A stretch of DNA of 64,000 bases from a virus, in the IMG/VR virus record IMGVR_UViG_3300042319_001830, positions 1 through 64,000 of that record. One strand, given 5' to 3'. How positions within the stretch are numbered: position 1 is the stretch's first letter; each line of letters opens with the position of its first letter. Made by a program: the position numbers and the translations under genes. Shown piece after piece: positions 1 through 9,000 of this stretch. The notes beneath the pieces are model-generated. The model was not told the DNA's origin and searched no databases. It saw nothing but the letters and a program-made list of their open reading frames with translations.

Positions 1-580
1 AGTGGATCCAGCGGATCAAGTGGTACCAGCGGAAGTAGTGGTACCAGCGGATCTAGTAGTACAAGTGGAAGTAGTGGTACGAGTGGAACAAGTGGATCAA
101 GTGGTACAAGTGGATCTAGTGGAAGTAGTGGTACAAGTGGATCTAGTGGCGCAAATGGAAGTAGTGGAAGTAGTGGTACTAGTGGTACAAGTGGAACTAG
201 TGGAACTAGTGGAACTAGTGGAAGTGGTGAGAGTGGATCTAGTGGAACTAGTGGAAGAGCAGGATCAAGTGGTACAAGTGGAAGTAGTGGTACAAGTGGA
301 AGTAGTGGAACTAGTGGAAGTGGTGAGAGTGGATCTAGTGGAACTAGTGGAAGAGCAGGATCAAGTGGTACAAGTGGAAGTAGTGGAACTAGTGGAACAA
401 GTGGAACAAGTGGTGAAAGTGGTACTGCAGGTAGTAGTGGAACAAGTGGTGTGAGTGCTGATTCTGGAAATAGTTCTAGTAGCGGTGAAAGTGGAAGTAG
501 TGGAAGTAGTGGAAGTAGTGGTACGAGTGGTACGAGTGGTATTGGTGCGCCTAGTGGTGAAAGTGGTATTAGTGGTGGTA
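1..580 (+). repeat. Coding 9-nt tandem repeat (AGT GGA/GGT ACN/AGT) encoding (Ser-Gly-Thr/Ser)n, with a nested 96-nt duplication
   Basis: Directly visible; the block SGSGESGSSGTSGRAGSSGTSG occurs at about 217 and 313. Confidence 0.95.
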
Positions 581-1053
581 GTTTTACGAATGAACCTAAT
601 TATTTAGTAAAAACGACTGGGGTTAGTACTTTACAGAGTGTTGATTTTTTGAGTGTTAGTACAAGTGGTACAAGTGGTACAAGTGGTATTTTTACTATTG
701 CTGGAGAAAGTAGGATACAAGGTGTTAAGGAAACTTACACTTCTGTTACACCTTCATCTGGGGTTGTTACTATAGACCTTAAAACTACAACTGTTGCTTT
801 GTTAACTCTTAATGCTAGTGTTACTAGTTTTACTATTAATAATTTAACCGCTGGAAAAGTTAATTCATTTACAATAGTAACAATACCAAACGGATCTGTA
901 TATACTATAACTTGGACATTTGGAGGCGTGGGTGTCAAATGGCCAGGTGGAACAGCTCCAACATTAACTACAACAAACAATAAATATGATATATTTAGCT
1001 TTATATATGACGATACAAACTGGTATGGTTTTATAGGCGGACAAAATTTCTAA
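1..1053 (+). CDS. C-terminal part of a tail-fibre-like protein with long Gly-X-X (SGT/SGS) repeat; gene starts upstream of the window
   Basis: Frame +1 is open from base 1 (SGSSGSSGTSGSSGTSG...) and continuous with track ORF 451..1053. The C-terminal domain (TIDLKTTTVALLTL...VKWPGGTAPTLT...DIFSF...WYG) is typical of phage fibre tips, and a fibre chaperone lies downstream. Confidence 0.8.
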   Translation, partial: SGSSGSSGTSGSSGTSGSSSTSGSSGTSGTSGSSGTSGSSGSSGTSGSSGANGSSGSSGTSGTSGTSGTSGTSGSGESGSSGTSGRAGSSGTSGSSGTSGSSGTSGSGESGSSGTSGRAGSSGTSGSSGTSGTSGTSGESGTAGSSGTSGVSADSGNSSSSGESGSSGSSGSSGTSGTSGIGAPSGESGISGGSFTNEPNYLVKTTGVSTLQSVDFLSVSTSGTSGTSGIFTIAGESRIQGVKETYTSVTPSSGVVTIDLKTTTVALLTLNASVTSFTINNLTAGKVNSFTIVTIPNGSVYTITWTFGGVGVKWPGGTAPTLTTTNNKYDIFSFIYDDTNWYGFIGGQNF

Positions 1054-1058
1054 TATTT

Positions 1059-1694
1059 ATGGCAACAATAGGATCAGGTAGAGCATCATTAATAAGACGT
1101 AAATCAGTAAATTATACTTTGGTAAGATATGAAGGAGCTACTACTACAAGTGGAACACTTGGGTCCAGTACCTGTATATATGAAATCTATTTATTTACAG
1201 ATGGATTTGTAGAATTGAGATTAGGCAATTGGGCTAATACCGGTGGAATTTCCGGTCATTATACAGCTGGAGGAACTGGCACAGCTCTTTCTCCTTCAGC
1301 TAATACTACATATGTTTGGAATGCATCAGGAACAACCACTACATTTTATTCTGGTTATCAATATATAAACGGAGTCGCGACAGCCGCAGGATCAACAAAC
1401 CCTTCTTTAGGCGCAAGCTCCGTGGGTAGTTGGCCTCCTACAAGTTGGACCAGTTTACAAAATGGGAGTGTGGATGATAATTTCGTTTCAGTAACAATAG
1501 CCCCAACAACATTTTTTGGTACATCTAGAACCACCGCATATATTAGTAGCAACGCCTATATTACCTTTGGAGTTGGTAGCGGTGAATATAGAAGTTTAAG
1601 TACTTCAAATCCACCATATGATAAATTTATGTTTAATGCGGGTGATAGAAGTTATCAAAGAGTTGCGTATTTAACTGCGGGTGGATCAAAATAA
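1059..1694 (+). CDS. Putative virion/fibre-associated protein with a nidogen(NIDO)-like beta domain
   Basis: Motif DDNFVSVTIAPTTFFGTSRTTAYISSNAYITFG; G/S/T-rich; located between the fibre and the chaperone. Confidence 0.5.
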   Translation: MATIGSGRASLIRRKSVNYTLVRYEGATTTSGTLGSSTCIYEIYLFTDGFVELRLGNWANTGGISGHYTAGGTGTALSPSANTTYVWNASGTTTTFYSGYQYINGVATAAGSTNPSLGASSVGSWPPTSWTSLQNGSVDDNFVSVTIAPTTFFGTSRTTAYISSNAYITFGVGSGEYRSLSTSNPPYDKFMFNAGDRSYQRVAYLTAGGSK

Positions 1695-1701
1695 TAAAAT
1701 T

Positions 1702-2148
1702 ATGAAAGTAGCAAAAATAATAAACAATTCAATTTATATACAGAGTATCTATATAATGTTTCCTAACGTTTCATTTCCTGACGTTGGAATACCTGATGAA
1801 TTTTTAAAGACTCACACTTTATATAAAGTCGTTGAATTCATACCACATAATCCAGAAACACAAATCTTTAAATTATTAGATGTGCCTATACTGAAAGATA
1901 ATATAGTTTATACAGGTGTGGTTTTAGATAAAACAGATGCGGAAATTAAATCAGATAAGCTAATAAAAGTAAGACTGTATCGTGATGAACTTTTAAACGA
2001 ATCTGATAGTTACGTAACAATTGATAGATGGGAAGATTATTCGGATGCGCAAAAAACTGCATATAGACAATATAGACAGTCTTTAAGAGATATACCTCAA
2101 ATCGCAGATGATTTAGATAATATTGTGTGGCCTATTAAGCCAAATTAA
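1702..2148 (+). CDS. Tail fibre assembly chaperone
   Basis: C-terminal motif R..RDELL.ESD...W..Y...AYRQYRQSLRDIPQ...IVWP.KP; ATG at 1702 preferred over GTG at 1681. Confidence 0.8.
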   Translation: MKVAKIINNSIYIQSIYIMFPNVSFPDVGIPDEFLKTHTLYKVVEFIPHNPETQIFKLLDVPILKDNIVYTGVVLDKTDAEIKSDKLIKVRLYRDELLNESDSYVTIDRWEDYSDAQKTAYRQYRQSLRDIPQIADDLDNIVWPIKPN

Positions 2149-2168
2149 AATTATAATTATTAATAGTC

Positions 2169-2197
2169 TTGACTTTATAATTTATATAAAGTATAAG
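2169..2197 (+). promoter_or_regulatory. Sigma70-like promoter TTGACT-N17-TATAAG
   Basis: Consensus match in an intergenic region; the same architecture recurs elsewhere in the window. Confidence 0.5.
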
Positions 2198-2308
2198 CAT
2201 AAGCAAGCGCTTGTTGAATTAAGTGGTTGTTAAATATTAATTAAATAATACTAAATTATTGATAGTTAAATTAAAGTTAAGCGCTTGATATGCTACTATT
2301 TATTATAA

Positions 2309-3475
2309 ATGATTACTAATAAACATAAAATATATTTGGATATGGATGGAGTAATAAGTGATTGGGAATCACAGTTTAAGCGCTATAGTGGTGGAGTGCC
2401 TGTAGAAACTTATGATGTTGAGCATGGCAAAAAAAATAGATTTAAATTTGTTGATAAAAATTGTCCTGAATATTATTCTACAATGCCTTGGATGAAAGAT
2501 GGTAAGTTGCTTTATAATTTTGTAAAAAATTTACCTGTAGAAATATTGAGTCATGCACCTAGTAAATTATCTTATATTGGTAAAAAGCAATGGTTAGCTA
2601 ATAATAAGATTGATATTGAAGCTAATTTGGTACCGCATAGAAATTTAAAAGCAAAGTTTGCAAATGCTGATAGTATTTTAATAGATGATCGTGAAGATAA
2701 TGTAAATGATTTTATAAATGCTGGTGGCAAAGCAATATTGCATAAAAATGCTATAGATACTATTAATCAACTAAAAGAAATGTTGGGTATTAAAGAAAAA
2801 CATAGAATTTATAATAGTATTTTAAATCCTGCAATTTGGGCAACTAAAGATGAAATAAAACCTGAAGTATTAAATAAACTATTAACTATAGCAAATACTT
2901 TCTACAAAGATACTGATTTGAATGTACCGCTTGAAAATGTATATTTTCTTGGTAGTACCGCCGGATATAATTGGTCACCCACCAGTGATATAGATTTACA
3001 TTTGCTTGTAGATTTTTCTAAGATTAATGATAATAAAGAAATTGTTAAGAATTATGTGGGTGGCTTAAAAAGTAAATGGAATGATTCGCATGACATTCGA
3101 ATTGGTAATCATCCAGTGGAAGTTTATATTCAAGATGTTAATGAAGTTAACCGAAGTCAAGCTGTATATAGTTTGACTAAAAATACTTGGGTAAAAAAGC
3201 CAAAAATAGAAGACATACAGATTGATAAAGCTACTATTTCAAAGAAATATAAAGAATATGTAACATTTATTAATATGGCTGTAAAAGAACAAGATCTAGA
3301 CAAATTGAAACGTTTGATAAAGCGGTTATATGAAATGCGTGAAGCTGGATTGGCTAAAAGTGGAGAATACAGCACAGAAAACTTAGTGTTCAAACTTTTG
3401 AGATCCAGTGGGTACGTTAATCAACTAAAAGACGCGATAAATAATATCACGGATAAAAATTTGAGTCATATTTAA
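2309..3475 (+). CDS. Fusion of a HAD-family 5'(3')-nucleotidase-like domain and a Pol-beta-superfamily nucleotidyltransferase
   Basis: N-terminal YLDMDGV and LIDDREDN (HAD motifs I and IV); C-terminal GSTAGYNWSPTSDIDLH and VEVYIQD (GS..DxD..E nucleotidyltransferase signature). Confidence 0.75.
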   Translation: MITNKHKIYLDMDGVISDWESQFKRYSGGVPVETYDVEHGKKNRFKFVDKNCPEYYSTMPWMKDGKLLYNFVKNLPVEILSHAPSKLSYIGKKQWLANNKIDIEANLVPHRNLKAKFANADSILIDDREDNVNDFINAGGKAILHKNAIDTINQLKEMLGIKEKHRIYNSILNPAIWATKDEIKPEVLNKLLTIANTFYKDTDLNVPLENVYFLGSTAGYNWSPTSDIDLHLLVDFSKINDNKEIVKNYVGGLKSKWNDSHDIRIGNHPVEVYIQDVNEVNRSQAVYSLTKNTWVKKPKIEDIQIDKATISKKYKEYVTFINMAVKEQDLDKLKRLIKRLYEMREAGLAKSGEYSTENLVFKLLRSSGYVNQLKDAINNITDKNLSHI

Positions 3476-3535
3476 AAAAAGTTAATTAAAACATAAATTC
3501 TTTTATATTTATAATCAATAACATAAGGTAAAAAT

Positions 3536-4027
3536 ATGGCAGAACTACTAAATCCATCAGAAATTTTTTCAACAGCTTTTGAACCAAAAGTAAAGAATCG
3601 TTTTATTCTTTACGTTGATGGTCTTCCATCATTCATTATTAAAAAGGTCAATCGTCCTAAGTTAACACAAGCTAAGAAAGAACTTGACCACATGAACATA
3701 AAAACTTACTACAAAGGTAAGAGTGTTTGGGATGATATCAGTATGGAACTTTATGATCCAATTGTACCATCTGGCGCTCAAGCTGTAATGGAGTGGGTTC
3801 GTTTGCATCACGAATCAGTTACTGGTCGTGATGGTTATCAAGATTTCTATAAAAAAGATCTTACTATTAACGTTCTTGGCCCCGTCGGCGATAAAGTGGA
3901 AGAATGGACACTAAAGGGCGCATTCATCACAAGCGCTGATTTCCAAGAAATGGATTGGAGCGATGATGGTGCCGCTCAAATGATTAGTTTAACAATATCA
4001 ATCGATTACGCAATTCTTCAGTATTAA
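3536..4027 (+). CDS. Tail tube protein (T4 gp19-like)
   Basis: FEPKVKNRF, YKGKSVWDDISMELYDP, EWTLKGAFITSADF, DYAIL; size and context fit. Confidence 0.88.
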   Translation: MAELLNPSEIFSTAFEPKVKNRFILYVDGLPSFIIKKVNRPKLTQAKKELDHMNIKTYYKGKSVWDDISMELYDPIVPSGAQAVMEWVRLHHESVTGRDGYQDFYKKDLTINVLGPVGDKVEEWTLKGAFITSADFQEMDWSDDGAAQMISLTISIDYAILQY

Positions 4028-4048
4028 GATTTGGTAACCAAATTAAAA

Positions 4049-4078
4049 AGAACCCCACATTTATCTGTGGGGTTTTCT
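4049..4078 (+). terminator. Rho-independent terminator
   Basis: Stem AACCCCACA/TGTGGGGTT followed by T residues, after the tail tube gene. Confidence 0.75.
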
Positions 4079-4090
4079 ATTTATTAACAT

Positions 4091-4987
4091 ATGCAAATGG
4101 GCAAGAAAGTATTCGTCATTTATCCTGGTAGATTTCATCCTTTTCACACAGGTCACAAGGGTGTATATAACTATTTAAGCACCAAATTTGGTGGCAATGA
4201 CGTATACATAACAACTACCGGAGTAGTTGAATTGCCAAAGTCGCCTTTTTCATTTGATGAGAAAAAAGAAATGATGATGGCAACTGGTATACCATCCAAT
4301 AAAATACTAAATGTCAAAAACAACTATAATTTGCAAAGTGTATCAAGTCAGATACCAATCAATGTAGAACGTGACAGTATTATTTTTGCGGTTAGTCAAA
4401 AAGATATGGCTGAAGATCCAAGATTCAAGAACTTTGTCAAAAAAGATGGATCTCCTTCGTATTTGCAGCCAATACCAAAAAATGAAAGCAAATTGGAACC
4501 AGCAATTAAACACGGTTACTTAATTACAGTGCCAACAACAGATTTTACAGTATTAGGATTACCAGCAAGAAGTGCGAGTCAATTAAGATCTCAGTATTCA
4601 ACACTAAAGCCCGAACAACAAAAAGCATTTATTGTGGATCTATTTGGTAGTTATAATCCCAAGATACATAAGATATTAAACAACAAATTGGGTAACACCA
4701 GTGGTAAATTGACAGAAAAGCAAAAGAAGCTATTAAAGAAATTGATTGTGGGTATCTTAAAAGAAGACGAAGATAAAATAAATTCTGCCAAAGAAAAACG
4801 AAATGCGGCTGAAGAGGATCTTCGACAAGCGGAACTTGAAGGCGCAGAAGAAGATTTAAAAAAAGCAAATGATAATTTATCATCGGCTACTACTCCAGAG
4901 GAAAAAGATGCCGCTGAGGCAAATGTAAAAATAAAGAAGGCTTTGGTGGATAGTAAAAAAATTGCGTTGCAATTAAAACAAGATTAA
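4091..4987 (+). CDS. HxGH nucleotidyltransferase (cytidylyltransferase-like) with a C-terminal coiled coil
   Basis: YPGRFHPFHTGH, SPFSFDEK and SASQLR motifs; Glu/Lys/Ala-rich helical tail. Confidence 0.78.
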   Translation: MQMGKKVFVIYPGRFHPFHTGHKGVYNYLSTKFGGNDVYITTTGVVELPKSPFSFDEKKEMMMATGIPSNKILNVKNNYNLQSVSSQIPINVERDSIIFAVSQKDMAEDPRFKNFVKKDGSPSYLQPIPKNESKLEPAIKHGYLITVPTTDFTVLGLPARSASQLRSQYSTLKPEQQKAFIVDLFGSYNPKIHKILNNKLGNTSGKLTEKQKKLLKKLIVGILKEDEDKINSAKEKRNAAEEDLRQAELEGAEEDLKKANDNLSSATTPEEKDAAEANVKIKKALVDSKKIALQLKQD

Positions 4988-5036
4988 ATATAATAATTAA
5001 AAAGTTATATAATGTTCTATATATTGTTACAAAGTT

Positions 5037-5858
5037 ATGAGTGACGAAATTATTATTCAAAAATTAAAACAACAACATTCAGCTGCTCCCACACCTGTAG
5101 CTACAAGTTATCCATCTGAAACAATTGATTTGCCATCAAAGGGTTATTTTTATGATGAATCTAATCCATTGAGCAAAGGAATCATTGAATTAAAGATGAT
5201 GACTGCTAGGGAAGAAGATATTCTGACCAATGAAAATTTCATCAAAAACGGTACCGTATTGGATAAATTGATGGAAAGTCTAATTGTTACGCCCGGCGTA
5301 AGAACTCAAGACTTGTTAATGATTGATAAAAATTCTTTATTTATCGCTGCTAGACGATTGGCATATGGTGATAAATATGGACCAGTAAAGATTGAATGTA
5401 AAAAGTGTAATACCGAAAACAAAACTTATATTGATTTAAGCACATTAAATGAAAAAGAAACGGATTTCAGCAAGTTTCAAAAAGGTACCAACGAATTTGA
5501 ATTTGAGTTTCCATTCAGCAAGAGACGAATCACGTTTAAACTAATTACGTCAGGTGATCAAGAAAGTATTGATCGTGATATTAAGGCTCTAACCAAGATT
5601 AAAAAACATTCTAGCACCGAAGTTACTACTAGACTTAAAAAGTTGATCGTCAGTATTGATGGAAAGCCTGATATAGCGGCTATTAATAAGTTTGTTGATA
5701 ATGAGCTACTATCAAAGGACAGTATGGCGTTGAGATCTTATGTTAAAACAATTGCGCCTGAATTGGATATGGGTTTTGACTTTGTATGTGAACACTGTGG
5801 TGAGGTGGAAAGGATGGATGTACCTATGACGGTACAGTTTTTTTGGCCTGAGTCCTGA
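5037..5858 (+). CDS. Baseplate hub/tail assembly chaperone (T4 gp26-like)
   Basis: LPSKGYFY, MTAREEDIL, two CxxC motifs, C-terminal FFWP; lies between tail tube and tape measure. Confidence 0.8.
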   Translation: MSDEIIIQKLKQQHSAAPTPVATSYPSETIDLPSKGYFYDESNPLSKGIIELKMMTAREEDILTNENFIKNGTVLDKLMESLIVTPGVRTQDLLMIDKNSLFIAARRLAYGDKYGPVKIECKKCNTENKTYIDLSTLNEKETDFSKFQKGTNEFEFEFPFSKRRITFKLITSGDQESIDRDIKALTKIKKHSSTEVTTRLKKLIVSIDGKPDIAAINKFVDNELLSKDSMALRSYVKTIAPELDMGFDFVCEHCGEVERMDVPMTVQFFWPES

Positions 5859-6057
5859 ATATAAGGTACAAGTTCACAGTCAAATATTTGAATTGAGTTA
5901 CTTCTCGCAAGGAGCTGTAAATGTACAAATTGCGTATCAATTACCCGTGTTTTTGCGCAATTTTTATTATGCTCAATTAGCAAATATAAAGAACAAAGAA
6001 AGTGATAGTTACAAGGAACCCACTAAAAAGTCGGGTAAAGTAGACAGGCCTTTTTAG
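5842..6057 (+). CDS. ATG-less ORF (gp51/gpT-like), probable frameshift extension of the chaperone
   Basis: The frame opens after TGA 5827-5829 and reads FGLSPEYKVQVHSQIFELSYFSQGAVNVQIAYQLPVFLRNFYYAQL...RPF* with no ATG. It overlaps a T7 run at 5838-5844. Not in the ORF track. Confidence 0.7.
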   Translation, partial: FGLSPEYKVQVHSQIFELSYFSQGAVNVQIAYQLPVFLRNFYYAQLANIKNKESDSYKEPTKKSGKVDRPF

Positions 6058-6092
6058 TGTAAAATGATATAGTTGTCATATTTATATATTAT

Positions 6093-9000
6093 ATGGCAAC
6101 ACAACCATTTGATGAAAAGGCCGCAGCGGCCTCAAGAGAGTACTTAAAGAACTTAATTGATATAAAATCGGAAATCGGCCAAACACTGGACGATTTACGC
6201 AAAATAACTGTCGCTGAACAGAACAATGTGGATATAGCCAAATCTTTGGGGCAAGTGTATAAAACACAACAAGATAAGATTAATGAACAGTTAAAAGGAA
6301 AAAGTCTACAAGAACAAATGTCATTGAAACTTCAAAATTCCGAAATGAAAATAGAGGAATTATCATCGGCACGTATCAGTAGCCACAAAACATTATTGAA
6401 GTTAGGTCGGGATTTATTAACATATAATGCTGAGCTGGTTAATTTGCAAGGTAGTAATGCTCTGAGCTCAGAGATTAAGGCTAAGATAAATTTAATTGAA
6501 GAAACAGAAACTCAGTTAAATTTAGAAAAGAAGTTATTAAGCAATAGTGGTTCCCAGTTAGCATCGTTAAAACTACGTAATAATTTATTAAAAATAGGAA
6601 ATGATTTATTAAATGTGTATAACAAAGCGTTGGAGATGGGCGTGCAGTTGTTAAACAAGATGGGTGATTTGGCAGGAAGTTTAATGGCTAAACTAAATAT
6701 GCCTACTACAATAGTTGGCACTTTTACAAAAATATTAGACATATTTAATGAAATTGATACTGCTGCTACAAATGTGAGACAGAAATTTGGATTGTTACCT
6801 AGTCAGGGTGCAATTTTTGAAAAAAATATACGTGAAGCTTCTATTCAGTTAGCTGAGTTTGGTATAAATGCTGAACAACTTGGTGGTACAATGAAACAAA
6901 TAGGTTCAACTTTTACAAGTTTGCAATCTATGGAGAAAGGATTGGTAAAAGATGTTTCGATAATGTCTGCTCAATTCGGTATATCTGCAGAAACAAGTGC
7001 TAAGTTTTTACAGACATTGGGCGGTGTATCTGGTAAAAGTGCAATGGCCAAACAAAATATGTTAGGATTGGCAAAATTTGCGGCGAATGCTTATGGTGTT
7101 GGATTAGATGATGTGATGAGCGATGTTGCAAACGCATCTGACGCGGCTAGAATGTATGCTGGTAAAAACGCAGATGAACTGGTTAGAGCTGCAGCTCAAG
7201 CTAGACAGATGGGTACTACTCTTGATAATATGGCAAATACCGCAAAAGGTTTGCTTGATTTTGAAAGTAGTATTCAATCCGAATTAAAAGCTAGTGCATT
7301 GATTGGTAAAAATATTAATTTTAATGAAGCTCGCAGATTGGCATTTCAAGGCGATATTATTGGGGCAAATAAATTAATATTGGATCAAGCTAAAAAAATT
7401 AAGTTCAATCAGTTAAATCCAATTGCACAAGACGCGTTTGCAAAAGCTGCTGGTAAGACTGTAAAAGAATTGCAAGAAATGTTAAATGCTGAAGAAAATC
7501 TGAAAGAAGCATTAAAATCAAAAGATCCATTGGTAAGAGCCGAAGCGGAAAAGAAAAAACAAATGGCAGAAATGATGAAGAAAGATCCTATAGCTGCTAA
7601 AAAAGCTGCGCAGGCTGAATATGAAAAAGGATTGATTCAAGAAAAAAATCAAACCAGAATGAAACAATTGCAAAATGAAATTAATGCAATTTTTATGGAA
7701 TTTATTGGGCCTATATTGGAAGGAATAGGACCAATATTTACAGAGTTATTAAAGTATATAAAAGATAACAGAGCTCAAATTAAAGAATTTGCTCAAGAAA
7801 TAGGTAAAGCATTTTTAATATTTAAAAATTTAGAATATATTGCACTCATTTTTAAAAAAATAGATGATGCGATCACGGGTACTACAGAGTCAATCAAAGC
7901 TGCAAAATCTGTATTTACAAACTTTAAAAACGCATCAGTGGAGTTTTTTACAATTTTTAAGTCTGGTACCAGCTCTATTGCCAACTCTATTGGCGGGGTA
8001 ATAAAATCAACTTTAAAATGGTTAACCACCAGTGGTAGTCTTAAAAATTCAATATTAAATGTGGCTGTAAAAATTGATGATATAGCTATAAAAATTATGA
8101 AATTTTCAGATGTTATAAAAAATTCTGGAAATGGTTTTCAAACAATGGGTAACGTTGTTGGTTCTATAGGAAAAGGAGTGGGTTCAATTGCAAATGGTTT
8201 TTTAAATACAGCAGGCATAGTTGAAAAAATAACCAATAAATTTTCTATTTTTGCAAAGATGGGCAGTAGTATTGGCAGTATCGGTGGTAAAGTTTCCGGA
8301 ATATTTAGTGGATTTAACCAGATATTTAATGTTAGTGGTAAAATAACAGGTGTGTTGGGGAGTATAAAAAACGTATTAATGGTACCTTTAAAAATGCTCG
8401 GTAGTGTTGGTAAAGCAATTGGTGGTCTGAGTGGAGTTAGTAAAATATTTACATCATTTGGACCGCTTTTTGGAGGAGTAGCTAAATTTTTGGGACCGAT
8501 AGGCATTGTTATATCCGTAATACAAGGCGGTATAGCATTTTTCAAAGCATTTAGTGAAACCACAGGTACTACCAGTCAAAAAGCTGTAGCTGGATTAAAA
8601 GCTGTAATTAATGTTTTGGTGATTGAACCATTAAAAATGGTTTGGGATTTTCTTAAAAAGATACCATCGTTTTTAGCCAATATAGATTTTGCGGGAATAC
8701 TTAAAGACGTAACCAATTTTTTATTAGACGGACTGACGAGTTTGCCTGATAAAATTGAAGAGTTATTTAGTGGTGGAGGAGGGGGAATTGAATGGGGTAA
8801 AATTTTTGCAAATATTGCAAGATTAGCAATTGAACTTATTGTTGCGGCTTTCGTAAAACTGCCTATAGCTATATATAAAACAGTGGGAAAATTAGGATTG
8901 TTGATTTTGAAAGCTTTTGGGTTGAATGCAATCGCTGATGGTATTGCATCTATAGCAGACACTTTATATACTACACTTAAATGGCCATTTGAAGCGATAT

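Noticed and set aside
2-454. Val/Glu/Gln-rich ORF in the track
   Set aside because: Off-frame shadow of the SGT repeat; frame +1 is continuous with the downstream fibre domain.
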